In this document: positions 47,990-57,818 of the stretch, piece by piece
Layout of the letters: each line of letters starts with the position of its first letter
Position numbering within the stretch: position 1 is the stretch's first letter
Source: an uncultured Thermotogae bacterium
GTDB taxonomy: Bacteria > Bipolaricaulota > Bipolaricaulia > RBG-16-55-9 > DRXL01
Length of the DNA stretch: 64,000 bases
Direction of reading: 5' to 3'
NCBI GenBank assembly: GCA_964473325.1
Contig: CAYYOG010000001.1
Location: 133,694-197,693, forward strand
Program-made: the position numbers and the translations under genes
Notes under the pieces: model-generated
What the model saw: the letters and a program-made list of their open reading frames with translations, nothing else
Databases searched by the model: none
Told to the model about the DNA's origin: nothing

Positions 47990-48523
47990 ATGAAGACCAA
48001 ACGCGGCTTGTTTCTAGGACGCTTCCAGCCCTATCACAACGGCCATCACGCCGTCATCAAACAGATCTTTGAAAGCCGTGAGATCAATGAGCTGATCATT
48101 GCTATTGGCTCAGCTCAAGAGAGCCATACGCTCAAAGACCCCTTCACCGCCGGCGAACGAATGATGATGATCACCAAAGCACTCGAAGACTTAAAGCCCC
48201 CCATCACGACGTATGTCTTGCCCATCGAAGACATTGAGCGCAATTCGCTCTATGTCGCCCATATTCGCAGCTTGACGCCGCCATTTGAGATCGTCTACTC
48301 TAATAACTCTTTAGTGCAACGGCTCTTTGAGGAGCGTGGCATCACCGTGCGCCCGCTGCCCTATGTCGAACGCGCCCACTGGGACGGCACGAAGATCCGC
48401 GAACTGATGCTCCACAGCGACGAATGGAAATCCTACGTGCCCTCCGCGGTTGCCCGCGTGATCGAAGAGATTGGTGGCGTGGAGCGCCTCCGACACATCC
48501 ACCAGACCGATAAGCACTCTTAA
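47990..48523 (+). CDS. nadM: Nicotinamide-nucleotide adenylyltransferase, archaeal NadM type
   Basis: GLFLGRFQPYHNGH (H/T)xGH nucleotidyltransferase motif. About 170 aa. Confidence 0.8.
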   Translation: MKTKRGLFLGRFQPYHNGHHAVIKQIFESREINELIIAIGSAQESHTLKDPFTAGERMMMITKALEDLKPPITTYVLPIEDIERNSLYVAHIRSLTPPFEIVYSNNSLVQRLFEERGITVRPLPYVERAHWDGTKIRELMLHSDEWKSYVPSAVARVIEEIGGVERLRHIHQTDKHS

Positions 48524-48526
48524 GTT

Positions 48527-49297
48527 ATGACGCTCAACATTCCCGTTCGAGAGAACAAGAAACTCGAAGCCATCGTCGCCCGCGTCAACGAACACGTCAC
48601 GCTCAATACATACTGGTACTGCTCGAACATCAACGCCATTGACAGACTAGGAATCAATGATCACGGTCCGGTGCACATCAGAATCGTCGCCAATCTTGCC
48701 CTCAAGATTTTACGAATGCTTGTCGAAGCAGGTGTGCAGCCCAGTGTCGAGAAAGACCATAAGCTGACCAAAGACGATGCCGAGGTCATTGTCGTCTTAG
48801 CGGCGTGCTTGCACGATATTGGGCACATCGTCCATCGCACGCATCATGAGCCGTTCTCAGTGGCGTTAGCTGCAGACTTGCTGCCCGATCTTTTGAGAGA
48901 TATCTATCCCGAGCGCGAGCGCGCTGTTATTACGTCAGAGATCTTACACGCGGTCTACGCGCACGAGACGGAAGTCGAGCCGCTCACTGTCGAGGCCGGG
49001 GTTTTGAAGATCGCTGATGCTTTAGATATGGAAGAAGGGCGCGCGCGCATTCCATTTCAGTCCGGCTCGATGACGATCCATGCCGTCTCGGCGCTGGCTA
49101 TAGAAGACGTGCAGCTGCGCAAGGGCGAGAAGCGTCCCATCTGCATTGCGATAAAAATGTCCAACTCGGCAGGCATTTTTCAGATAGACAATCTGCTGAA
49201 AGAGAAACTGAAACACTCTGGGCTGGCGGAGTACTTTGAGATTCGCGCCGAGATCACGGGGGAAGAGAAGAAGCTCATCGAGCGCTACGAGCTCTGA
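48527..49297 (+). CDS. HD-domain metal-dependent phosphohydrolase
   Basis: H...HD...D ligands (LHDIGH). Confidence 0.7.
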   Translation: MTLNIPVRENKKLEAIVARVNEHVTLNTYWYCSNINAIDRLGINDHGPVHIRIVANLALKILRMLVEAGVQPSVEKDHKLTKDDAEVIVVLAACLHDIGHIVHRTHHEPFSVALAADLLPDLLRDIYPERERAVITSEILHAVYAHETEVEPLTVEAGVLKIADALDMEEGRARIPFQSGSMTIHAVSALAIEDVQLRKGEKRPICIAIKMSNSAGIFQIDNLLKEKLKHSGLAEYFEIRAEITGEEKKLIERYEL

Positions 49298-49938
49298 TCG
49301 ATCTTGGATAGCCCCATATCTAAAAGCTCTGGCGCTAAGATTCCCCCAGAGACGACCATCTTCAGCGCCTCGTCCACAGGGATCGAGGTGAACTGCACGT
49401 TCTCTTTGGGAAGAAACTGTAAATACCCCGACGTTGGGTTGGGCGTCGTCGGCACATAGACCCGCACCCATTCGCGCCCGTCGCTCGTCTGGATCGTGCC
49501 CACTTGGAAGGCTATCGTCCAAAGGCCCTTAGAGGGGAATTCAATCAAAACGACGCGCTGAAATGATTTCTCTTGCGACTGGGAAAGCGTGCGCACCACT
49601 TGCCGGGCAGCGTTGTAGATGCTGTTGACGATAGGCATCTTCTGGAGCACGGATTCCCAGAACTCTAAAAATCTTCGTCCCAACATATTCGTTGCCAAGA
49701 TGCCCGTCACATAAAGCGCCAGCAACGTCAGCACCAAGCCGACGCCAGAGGGTAATTCCCATCTCAGGGTATAGCGGAGCATGGCGTTGAGCAAGGAGCG
49801 CAGCGGGCCGTCTAGAAGATTATAGAGCAACTGCAAGACCCAAATAGTGAGTATGAGGGGAACGACGAAGACGACGCCCGCCAGCATTCGTGAGTAGATA
49901 TGATGCCAAATCCGCCGTCCAAGCGATGGGGTGTTCAT
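49285..49938 (-). CDS. DUF502-family membrane protein
   Basis: Two N-terminal TM helices and a conserved DUF502 core. Confidence 0.6.
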   Translation of the reverse strand: MNTPSLGRRIWHHIYSRMLAGVVFVVPLILTIWVLQLLYNLLDGPLRSLLNAMLRYTLRWELPSGVGLVLTLLALYVTGILATNMLGRRFLEFWESVLQKMPIVNSIYNAARQVVRTLSQSQEKSFQRVVLIEFPSKGLWTIAFQVGTIQTSDGREWVRVYVPTTPNPTSGYLQFLPKENVQFTSIPVDEALKMVVSGGILAPELLDMGLSKIDQSS

Positions 49939-49965
49939 AGCTCTGTTATTTTACCGAGAAGTGAC

Positions 49966-51339
49966 CTAGAAGATCACCCAGAGCAGATACAGGAAGACCG
50001 CGGCAGGGATCGTCGCGGCGAGCGTGAACGGCAGCCCGATTATCCCAAATTCCCGAAAGCCCACAATATGCCCGCGCTGGCGCAACTGCCCCGCTCCGAC
50101 AATATTCGCCGACGCCCCAATGGGCGTGATATTCCCTCCTAAGCTCGCGGCTATGAGTAGCCCAAAGAGCAACGCTTCTTGCCCTGCCCCCGGAGCAGCG
50201 AGCTTCATCACCAGGGGGACCATCGCCATCAAGTACGGGATATTGTCGACAAACGCCGACACGAGCATAGACAGAAAGATAATGACAATGTACGAGACGA
50301 GCAGGTTCGCGCCAAGCACCGACTTGAGCCACTCCGCAAAAAGATCGATCCAACCCTTCTTGACAAGTGTTCCGACAAGCGTGAAGACCCCTATGAGGAA
50401 GAGTGCCGAGTCCCAGTCGAGTCTCTTCAAGATCTGCCAAGGCGTATCGGGGAAGCGCTCGCGGTCGTTGCGCCCCAAAAACTCGTACCAGATCAGTCCT
50501 CCCAGCCCCCAGATCATGCAAATCGCACCCAAAAGATCATGTGCTTGAAGCGATGATGCCATCGCGAGCGCGAGCATCATCGTCGCCAAAAAGACCGTCG
50601 GCCCCCAACTGATCACTTTCTCTTCAGCGACCAATTCGACTTTTCGATGGAGATGCCGAAACGCCCAATAGAGCACGGGCAACGATGTCAGAAACCCAAA
50701 CTGAATCGCGAAAAAGACCCCAAGCCCTTGGCTTTTGTACCAGAAGAAGTCATTGAATGAAGCGTTCGCGTACTCAGCAAAGATCATGCTCGCGGGATCG
50801 CCGATCAACGTCGCCGTCCCTTGAAGATTCGATGAGACGGTGACCCCAATAATTAACGGGACGGGGCTGGTCTTGAGTTTTTCAGCGAGCGCGAACGCAA
50901 TCGGCGCGAAGATCAGAACAACAGCGACGTTCTCAGCGAAGATTGAGAGAAATCCCGAGAACGCGCAGACCTTGACCATCGCCCAGCAGACACTGCGCGA
51001 TCTGTTCACTAAAAGTTCGGCGACGTAATGCGGCACGCGCGACCAGGTAAATAAGTCAGCTAAGATGAGCGTGCCCACGAAGATCCCCATCACGTTCCAA
51101 CTGATAAGCGATTCTTTGCCTCCTTCACCGAGGAAGACCAACGTCGGCGAGACGACGCCTGTGAGCATCAACACCAAGGCCCCCGCGCCAGCAACCCAGG
51201 CGCGATGCCTCGGGAACATCACAAAGAGCGCGTAAGCAAGGGCAAAGACCGCTAACGCTAGGAAGCTTTGCACAGTTGACCCCTCAGCGGTGCACGAAGA
51301 CCAGATAAGCCCCAAGGAAATAAACCATGAGAATAACAA
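49966..51339 (-). CDS. ArsB/NhaD/CitMHS-superfamily anion permease. The start is uncertain, since 56 nt overlap the upstream gene.
   Basis: 457 aa with about 12 TM helices. Confidence 0.65.
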   Translation of the reverse strand: MLFSWFISLGLIWSSCTAEGSTVQSFLALAVFALAYALFVMFPRHRAWVAGAGALVLMLTGVVSPTLVFLGEGGKESLISWNVMGIFVGTLILADLFTWSRVPHYVAELLVNRSRSVCWAMVKVCAFSGFLSIFAENVAVVLIFAPIAFALAEKLKTSPVPLIIGVTVSSNLQGTATLIGDPASMIFAEYANASFNDFFWYKSQGLGVFFAIQFGFLTSLPVLYWAFRHLHRKVELVAEEKVISWGPTVFLATMMLALAMASSLQAHDLLGAICMIWGLGGLIWYEFLGRNDRERFPDTPWQILKRLDWDSALFLIGVFTLVGTLVKKGWIDLFAEWLKSVLGANLLVSYIVIIFLSMLVSAFVDNIPYLMAMVPLVMKLAAPGAGQEALLFGLLIAASLGGNITPIGASANIVGAGQLRQRGHIVGFREFGIIGLPFTLAATIPAAVFLYLLWVIF

Positions 51340-52267
51340 TTGCTTCGATGCTTACTCTCCCGATGCGGCCAGGGATAGGAGCAAGCAGTCCCAAGGCTAT
51401 GAGTCCGCTCAGTAGAAGCCCCACTAGCGCCGTGACCGCATGGGTGGGGCTGCCCACGGAGATAATATAGCCCCCACGATAGAATAAGTCCGAGATCACC
51501 AAGATATTCATATTGAAGATGTTGCTGCCTAGGACATTCCCCACGGCAAGATCAATAGATCCCATTCGGATAGCCGTTATGCTTGTGACGAGTTCCGGGG
51601 CTGAGGTTGTGAAGGCTACCAATGTTGTCCCGATAAAGGTGCCGCCCAGGCCCGTCGCCGTGGCGATCACATCGGCAGCCTTGCTCAGAAAGATCGCTGC
51701 TCCGATGACGAAGCCTGCGGAGATAAGAAAGCGCATCCATACCAAGGCTAAGCTCCGCTGGGGAAGGACCTCGGCGTACTCTACTGAGGGAGGATCAGCC
51801 TTGGCACGTAGCGCCATTACCCCTGCAAGATAAACCCCTAAGATAATATAAATCTCTATACCAATACCAAGAAACCCAATATTGGGTTTGATCAGGAGTG
51901 CCAAGGCCGCAATGGTCGCCAAGATCATCCCAAGCAAAGCTGTTACCAGATGCGACTGTGAGGCGACAGCCAGCAAGGCCCCACGCCCCCACATGATCCC
52001 TCCCACAGCGAGAATGGTCATATTATAGATATTGCTGCCAAACAGATCCCCCAGCGCGATGTCGACCAAGCCCAGCGTGGCTGCAGCGGCTTCGGTAGCC
52101 ACTTCTGGCAGCGACGTCGTCGCAGCTAGTAAGACACTGCCGATGAAGACCCGCCCAAACCCTGTTTGCACAGCGATGATGTCTGCAGCATGGGTCAGGT
52201 TGCGACCGGCAAACCAGATTACCCCTAAGCAGACAAATAAGACGACCCACGCGAGTTCATGGCTCAT
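51284..52267 (-). CDS. CaCA-family Na+/Ca2+ exchanger (YrbG-like)
   Basis: Duplicated alpha-repeats GDLFGSNIYN and GNVLGSNIFN. Confidence 0.8.
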   Translation of the reverse strand: MSHELAWVVLFVCLGVIWFAGRNLTHAADIIAVQTGFGRVFIGSVLLAATTSLPEVATEAAAATLGLVDIALGDLFGSNIYNMTILAVGGIMWGRGALLAVASQSHLVTALLGMILATIAALALLIKPNIGFLGIGIEIYIILGVYLAGVMALRAKADPPSVEYAEVLPQRSLALVWMRFLISAGFVIGAAIFLSKAADVIATATGLGGTFIGTTLVAFTTSAPELVTSITAIRMGSIDLAVGNVLGSNIFNMNILVISDLFYRGGYIISVGSPTHAVTALVGLLLSGLIALGLLAPIPGRIGRVSIEAIVILMVYFLGAYLVFVHR

Positions 52268-52337
52268 GATGATTTACCAAAGATTTTAGCGAGAACTCTC
52301 TCCGTTAGCAAAAAAGGCAAGCAGGCAATAACTTCTT

Positions 52338-53696
52338 TTGCCCTCAGCGGTCGCTAGGCATATAATTAATTTTGTCATGAATAGCTGGCTACTCATAGGG
52401 GCTCTAGGGGTCTTGCTCATTGGGGGGATCTCTACCCAAGAACCTCCTCCTCAGAGTGGCTTGATACTCGTCCTGACTGTCAGCGGTGTGATCGAGCCGG
52501 TGACCGCTCGCTATGTTGTGAACAGTCTAGAAGAAGCTGAAGCCCTCAACGCGGAAGCCGTTATCATCGAGCTGAATACCCCCGGCGGCTTAGATACCGC
52601 CATGCGCGAGATCGTCCAAGGGATGCTCAATGCTTCTGTGCCCGTCGTCGTCTATGTGACTCCCAAAGGGGCACGAGCGGGCTCGGCTGGGGTCTTCATC
52701 ACTCTAGCCGCGCATAAGGCTGCCATGGCCCCGATGACCAACATCGGCGCGGCTCATCCCGTAGCTATCGGCGGCGAGATGGACCCAACTATGGCCGAAA
52801 AAGCTGTCAACGATGCCGCTGCGTACATTCGCGCGATTGCGTCCCAGCGAGGCCGCAACGTCCAGTGGGCTGAAGACGCGGTGCGCAAGAGCGCTTCTAT
52901 CACCGCTGAAGAAGCCCTCCAGCAAGGCGTCATCGACTTCGTTGCTGCTGATCTTGACGATCTGCTCCGGCAGCTCAACGGGCAGACAGTGCAACTTGGA
53001 GAAGAGACTCATACATTGTCCACGCACCAAGCACGACTCATGCGCCGAGGTATGAGCCTGCCGGAGCAGCTTCTCCATAAACTCACGGATCCGACGATTG
53101 CGTATATCTTGCTGACGCTGGGGATCTATGCGCTGATCGCGGCGTTCTACGCTGGGGAGCCCATTGTCGGAATCCTCGGGGCTATTTTATTATTATTAGC
53201 TCTTGTCGCGCTGGGAAGCTTGCCCTTGAACTGGGGCGGCTTGGCACTCTTAGCGCTGGGCTTAACTCTCGTCGTCATTGATTTGAAAGTCCAAGGCTAT
53301 GCGCTCTCAATTATAGGCGCGATCGCGTTCGTGCTGGGGTCGCTCCTGCTCTTCCGGCCGTTCCGGCTGCCTGAGGCTGCGGCGCCGACTTTCGCGGTGA
53401 GCCCGTGGGCTATCGGTACGATGACGGCTGTGCTTGTGGGGTTCTTCTTAGTTGCTGTGCGTGGGGGATGGCGGGCTCATCGTGTGCCCCCAGCGCAGCT
53501 TGGGCACCTAGTCGGTGAGCTCGGGATCGCCAAGAGCGCGCTCAATCCCTACGGCACGGTCTATGTCCAGGGGGAAGATTGGACTGCTGAAGCTGTCGAG
53601 GGCCCAATCCCTGAGGGAACGCGGGTGCGCATCGTCGAAGCGCATGGGTTGCGACTGCGCGTCGTCGCTGAACCACCACCGAAAAAAGGAGAGTGA
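52338..53696 (+). CDS. NfeD-family membrane-bound ClpP-class serine protease
   Basis: ClpP-like N-terminal domain, TM segments and a C-terminal OB domain. Upstream of an SPFH gene. Confidence 0.75.
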   Translation: MPSAVARHIINFVMNSWLLIGALGVLLIGGISTQEPPPQSGLILVLTVSGVIEPVTARYVVNSLEEAEALNAEAVIIELNTPGGLDTAMREIVQGMLNASVPVVVYVTPKGARAGSAGVFITLAAHKAAMAPMTNIGAAHPVAIGGEMDPTMAEKAVNDAAAYIRAIASQRGRNVQWAEDAVRKSASITAEEALQQGVIDFVAADLDDLLRQLNGQTVQLGEETHTLSTHQARLMRRGMSLPEQLLHKLTDPTIAYILLTLGIYALIAAFYAGEPIVGILGAILLLLALVALGSLPLNWGGLALLALGLTLVVIDLKVQGYALSIIGAIAFVLGSLLLFRPFRLPEAAAPTFAVSPWAIGTMTAVLVGFFLVAVRGGWRAHRVPPAQLGHLVGELGIAKSALNPYGTVYVQGEDWTAEAVEGPIPEGTRVRIVEAHGLRLRVVAEPPPKKGE

Positions 53697-53700
53697 ATCC

Positions 53701-54579
53701 ATGGAGTGGATCATCTGGTTGATCATCATCGGCGTTGTGTTGCTTTTGGCAGCCATGGCCATCAAGATCGTGCCGGAGTACCAACGATTAGTTGTCTTTC
53801 GGCTAGGACGGGCGCTACAACAGCCGCGCGGGCCAGGCTTCGTCTTGCTCATCCCGTTCATTGATCGACCTTTCTGGGTCGATCTCCGTGAGCGCTTTCT
53901 CGACGTCCCGCCCCAGACGTGTATCACCCGCGATAATGCGCCGATCTCTGTAGACTTTCTGGTCTACTGGAAGATCTTTGACCCTCTAGCGAGCGTCATC
54001 CAAGTAGCGGACTTTGCCGGGGCGGCGACGGGCATCGCCATGACGACTCTGCGCGCGGTGATCGGCGACATCCCCTTGGATGACGTCCTGGCGCGCCGCG
54101 AACAGATCAATCAGATCTTACGAGCCAAGCTCGACGAAGTAACGGACCGGTGGGGCGTGAAGGTGACCACTGTAGAAATCAAGGAAATCCTGCCGCCCAA
54201 GGACGTCCAAGAAGCCATGATCCGCCAGATGTCTGCAGAGCGCACGCGTCGCGCTGTGGTCACTGAAGCTGATGGAAAGCGCGAAGCAGCGGTTAAGGTC
54301 GCTGAGGGCGAAAAGCAAGCGGCGATCTTAAAAGCCGAGGGAGATCGCCAAGCAGCTATCCTGCGGGCGGAGGGCTTCGCGCTCGCGCTGCAGAAGATCC
54401 ACGATGTCGCCAAGGGTGTAGACGTCAAAACCCTCAGTTTGCAGTATCTCGAAGCGCTGAAGGCACTCGGCGCCAGCCCCGCGACAAAGTTCGTCTTCCC
54501 TATGGAGTTTGAGCGTTTTCTCGAACCCTTGAGAGATTACGCAGCACAAGCGTTCAAGCAAGAAAAGAAGGAGGCATGA
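53701..54579 (+). CDS. SPFH/band-7 (stomatin/prohibitin-like) protein
   Basis: MEWIIWLIIIGVVLL TM helix, then VPEYQRLVVFRLGR, the SPFH signature. Ribosome-binding site AAGGAGAG. Confidence 0.85.
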   Translation: MEWIIWLIIIGVVLLLAAMAIKIVPEYQRLVVFRLGRALQQPRGPGFVLLIPFIDRPFWVDLRERFLDVPPQTCITRDNAPISVDFLVYWKIFDPLASVIQVADFAGAATGIAMTTLRAVIGDIPLDDVLARREQINQILRAKLDEVTDRWGVKVTTVEIKEILPPKDVQEAMIRQMSAERTRRAVVTEADGKREAAVKVAEGEKQAAILKAEGDRQAAILRAEGFALALQKIHDVAKGVDVKTLSLQYLEALKALGASPATKFVFPMEFERFLEPLRDYAAQAFKQEKKEA

Positions 54580-55106
54580 TGAATAATCCCATTGTTTGGG
54601 TGCTCGTGGCTTTGGCAGCGGTGGTCGCCGTAGGGCTGTTCTTTGTGATAGGAACAAGCCCGCCGGCAAGCGGGCCAGCTCCTGAGACGCTCATCCCTGA
54701 CGCGATTGAGGGCTTTATCTTAGTCGCGAAAGAAGCTCGGATTGACCCGGCCTTCCCCGGCGAGGAGTACTCGTCTCACGCGTTCTACACTCCTGCGCCC
54801 GGCGGCTCTTGGAGCGGCAAGGTAGAGCGCTTGGGGCTAACGATCTTCAAATTTAAAGACCCAAAGAAGATCGCCGAAGCCCGTGATCTGTTGCTCCAGG
54901 GCGCTCACACGGAAGCTCTCAATTTCGATGGGCGTACAGCGGAGCTTGCCCCGGAGCCAGATGGCGTCGGGCTCTTCTGGCAGAGCGGAGCGCTTTTTGT
55001 CGCGATCTTCGTCAGTGCCCCTTCAGGAAGTGAAGCCGACGCTGAGACACTCAAGGGCGCTGCCGTCGCTGCGGCACGCGCAGTGCTCGCGAAGCTCCCG
55101 CGCTGA
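54576..55106 (+). CDS. Hypothetical membrane-anchored protein
   Basis: Single N-terminal TM helix. No known domain. Confidence 0.45.
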   Translation: MMNNPIVWVLVALAAVVAVGLFFVIGTSPPASGPAPETLIPDAIEGFILVAKEARIDPAFPGEEYSSHAFYTPAPGGSWSGKVERLGLTIFKFKDPKKIAEARDLLLQGAHTEALNFDGRTAELAPEPDGVGLFWQSGALFVAIFVSAPSGSEADAETLKGAAVAAARAVLAKLPR

Positions 55107-55177
55107 GCTTTGCAAGGGCAGCCGGCTTCGTTTATCCTAAAGACGCTCAAAGCACAAGCGAAAGGTGATCTTACATT

Positions 55178-56266
55178 ATGGCTATAACAACCGTGCAAAC
55201 GCGAGAAGACGCTGTCAAGCTCTTTCGTGACATGGGGCTGATCGGCGCTGGCGGCGCCGGCTTCCCCACGTACTTTAAGTATCTCACCCCGACTAAGATT
55301 CTGATCGTCAACGCTGAAGAGGGCGAACCCGGCTACGAAGCCGATAAGATTCTCTTAATGAGCCAAGCTGATGCGTTCGTCGAGGTCTTCGCAGCGCTGA
55401 AGCAGATCTTCGGCTTCGAGCAGATCATCATCGGGGCCAAAGATAAAGATAAAACACTCTTAGAGCCGTTGCGAGGAAAATACGGCTTTGATATTCGCTA
55501 CACGCCCAGTATCTATGGCATGGGTGAGGAGAAATGGCTCACCAAATCTGTAACGGGCCTGGAAGTGCCACCGGGGAAGATCCCCCTGCACGTCGGGGTG
55601 ACGGTCAACAACGTTGAGACGGTCTACAATATGTACCGTGCGCTCTTTCAAAGCAAGCCCGTCACTGAAAAATATTTTAACGTTTATGGAGAAGTCGCAA
55701 AACAGACCGTGGTGCTCGCCCCCGTCGGTGCGTATTTAATAGATGTTCTCGCGATGATCGGCGTGGACACGACGCGCTATAATAAATTAGCCGTGCTCGA
55801 CGGTGGCCCGCTGATGGGTGATAGAGTCAACGTGGGCGAGCATGCCGTCACCAAGAAGACCAACGGCTTTTTAGTGATTGAAGCGGAAAAGTACGTGGCC
55901 GATCAAGTGAGCTTGCGCCCGCTGCCGGGCCAACCCGCACCCACGTGGGATGATACTCTCCCTGAAGCCATGAAGAAATTGGGTCTGGAACGATACTTGG
56001 ACTGGCATCCCACACCTGCAGACGTCTTAGACATCCGTGACAAAGTGACGCGAGTGAAGATCTTCATGCATCAAGACGGCCCCAAGGGCAAGCCCAGCAT
56101 CCCCACAGTCAAAGTCGGTGACCGAGTCAAGATCGGTGATCCTGTTGCGAAGCCGTTAGAAGGCCCGATCAATGACTTCAATCTCTTGAGTGTGGCGCAC
56201 CACGCGAGCATTGACGGGATCGTCACTGAGGTCACTGATACGTTTGTACGCATCGAGAAGAAGTAG
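55178..56266 (+). CDS. RnfC/NqrA/PduS-like SLBB-domain protein lacking Fe-S cysteine motifs
   Basis: GLIGAGGAGFPTYFK...NAEEGEPG, the Complex1_51K/SLBB signature. The C-terminus resembles a barrel-sandwich hybrid. Confidence 0.55.
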   Translation: MAITTVQTREDAVKLFRDMGLIGAGGAGFPTYFKYLTPTKILIVNAEEGEPGYEADKILLMSQADAFVEVFAALKQIFGFEQIIIGAKDKDKTLLEPLRGKYGFDIRYTPSIYGMGEEKWLTKSVTGLEVPPGKIPLHVGVTVNNVETVYNMYRALFQSKPVTEKYFNVYGEVAKQTVVLAPVGAYLIDVLAMIGVDTTRYNKLAVLDGGPLMGDRVNVGEHAVTKKTNGFLVIEAEKYVADQVSLRPLPGQPAPTWDDTLPEAMKKLGLERYLDWHPTPADVLDIRDKVTRVKIFMHQDGPKGKPSIPTVKVGDRVKIGDPVAKPLEGPINDFNLLSVAHHASIDGIVTEVTDTFVRIEKK

Positions 56267-56269
56267 CTC

Positions 56270-56827
56270 ATGGAGAGACCGCGTCGCACAGGCCTCACCT
56301 ACGGACGTTTGCTTGTTGTGCTTGGGGCAGCGATCGCTCTAGCGCTTGTGATCGCATTGGTGCAATCGTTGCTGCTTGCTGATCATGTGAGCTTTAGCGA
56401 AATTGCGGCTACGGCGCTCCAGCGCGCTGCTTACGAGAAGACAGAGCTGACGCGCGCAGAGCTGGATCAGCGCAACGGCGATACTGGCAAGATCTCAGGG
56501 ACGGTCATCTACGTCAAGACGAGCGAGGGCAATTACGCAAAATTAGCCGTCGAGTTTGGATATCGCTTCTGGAGCCCAAAGTTACAGTTCGTCATCTATC
56601 AGGGTGCAGTCTACGACGCGCGCGGGCGCGCGCTGCGCCAGCTCTTCAATGTCTATATTCCCTTGAACGTCAAGTACGACGTTGACGCTGGGCTGATGGA
56701 CGCCGAAGGTGCGAGCGAGCGTGGGGTGGATCTGGCTTTTGACGAACGCGGGCCAGCAGAGCAGACCTTGCGCGCTCTCAACGGCGCGGCGTTCTATCTA
56801 CCCAAAGCAGAAGAGCTCCGCCGGTAG
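56270..56827 (+). CDS. Hypothetical membrane-anchored protein
   Basis: N-terminal TM helix. No known domain. Confidence 0.45.
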   Translation: MERPRRTGLTYGRLLVVLGAAIALALVIALVQSLLLADHVSFSEIAATALQRAAYEKTELTRAELDQRNGDTGKISGTVIYVKTSEGNYAKLAVEFGYRFWSPKLQFVIYQGAVYDARGRALRQLFNVYIPLNVKYDVDAGLMDAEGASERGVDLAFDERGPAEQTLRALNGAAFYLPKAEELRR

Positions 56828-57468
56828 AACTGACAATCTCGCCAGAGCACGCACTGCGCGCAGCGGGGTTTTGGGCGACAGACTTCTTTGCTGTGGCGCA
56901 CGATCAGCGCGTGATACTCATTGAAGAGCTTTACGCTCTTGGGGAGCTGAGTTATAAAAAATCGCTGAAACTCATCATAAGAGCTCTTTGAGCTGACAAG
57001 CCCCAGCCGTGAGAAGATTCGTTTTGTATACGCGTCCACGACGAAGACCGGCTTGTGTGCAGCGTAAAGTAGTATAGAATCTGCCGTCTCCGGGCCAATG
57101 CCCCAGATCGAGAGCAGCTCTGCACGGAGCTTCTTGGTGGGCTGGGAGAGCATCTTGTGCAGATTGCCGTCGTGCTGCGTGTATAGATGCTCAACGAATG
57201 CTTTGAGTTTCTTCGCTTTCTGGCGGAAGTACCCAGCCGGACGGATCAGCTTCGCGAGCTTTTCTGCGGGGAGCTTATAGAGTTTATAGGGCGTCAGGAC
57301 TTTATGCTTTATGAGGTTCTCGATAGCGCGCTCGACGTTCTGCCAATTCGTGGATTGGGTTAATATTGCGCCGACGATCACTTCAAAGGGCGAGCCCGCA
57401 GGCCACCAATGCTGGAGGCCGTAGCGAGCATGAAGCTGGCGATAGATACGCAAAATATCATGATACAT
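56794..57468 (-). CDS. HhH-GPD DNA glycosylase, endonuclease III-like, with a C-terminal [4Fe-4S] motif
   Basis: Helix-hairpin-helix LSIWGIGPETAD. C-terminal CRPKPRCAQCVLWRDC. Confidence 0.75.
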   Translation of the reverse strand: MYHDILRIYRQLHARYGLQHWWPAGSPFEVIVGAILTQSTNWQNVERAIENLIKHKVLTPYKLYKLPAEKLAKLIRPAGYFRQKAKKLKAFVEHLYTQHDGNLHKMLSQPTKKLRAELLSIWGIGPETADSILLYAAHKPVFVVDAYTKRIFSRLGLVSSKSSYDEFQRFFITQLPKSVKLFNEYHALIVRHSKEVCRPKPRCAQCVLWRDCQFYRRSSSALGR

Positions 57469-57815
57469 TAATGTCGGATGCGCAAGCGATCTCGCTGATA
57501 AACGGAGAAATTCCCTACAAGTTGCTGGGCATAGCGTGTAAAGATTTTCTTAACGATGTTGACTTTCTTACGGCTATCAGCCTCCTCTAGCCGCAGCAAG
57601 AGCACTCCAGCATGAGGTTGTCCTGACTGGTAGACTAGCTCCCCAAAATCTTTGTCCATCGTGATCACAAGTCGCTGTTCTATGACTGCTCGGTGCAATA
57701 TAGCAGAATCTGGCAAGCGCGGGTCCAGGTCTCGTACAGCTAGAACGTCATAGCCCTGCTTTCTTAACCACTCTTCAACGGCTTTGCCCACACCTACATC
57801 GACAAGGATTTTCAC
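57468..57815 (-). CDS. DUF5615 PIN-like protein (putative toxin)
   Basis: MKILVDVGVG..., DUF5615/Mut7-C-like. TAATG overlap with the downstream glycosylase gene. Confidence 0.55.
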   Translation of the reverse strand: MKILVDVGVGKAVEEWLRKQGYDVLAVRDLDPRLPDSAILHRAVIEQRLVITMDKDFGELVYQSGQPHAGVLLLRLEEADSRKKVNIVKKIFTRYAQQLVGNFSVYQRDRLRIRH

Positions 57816-57818
57816 CGC

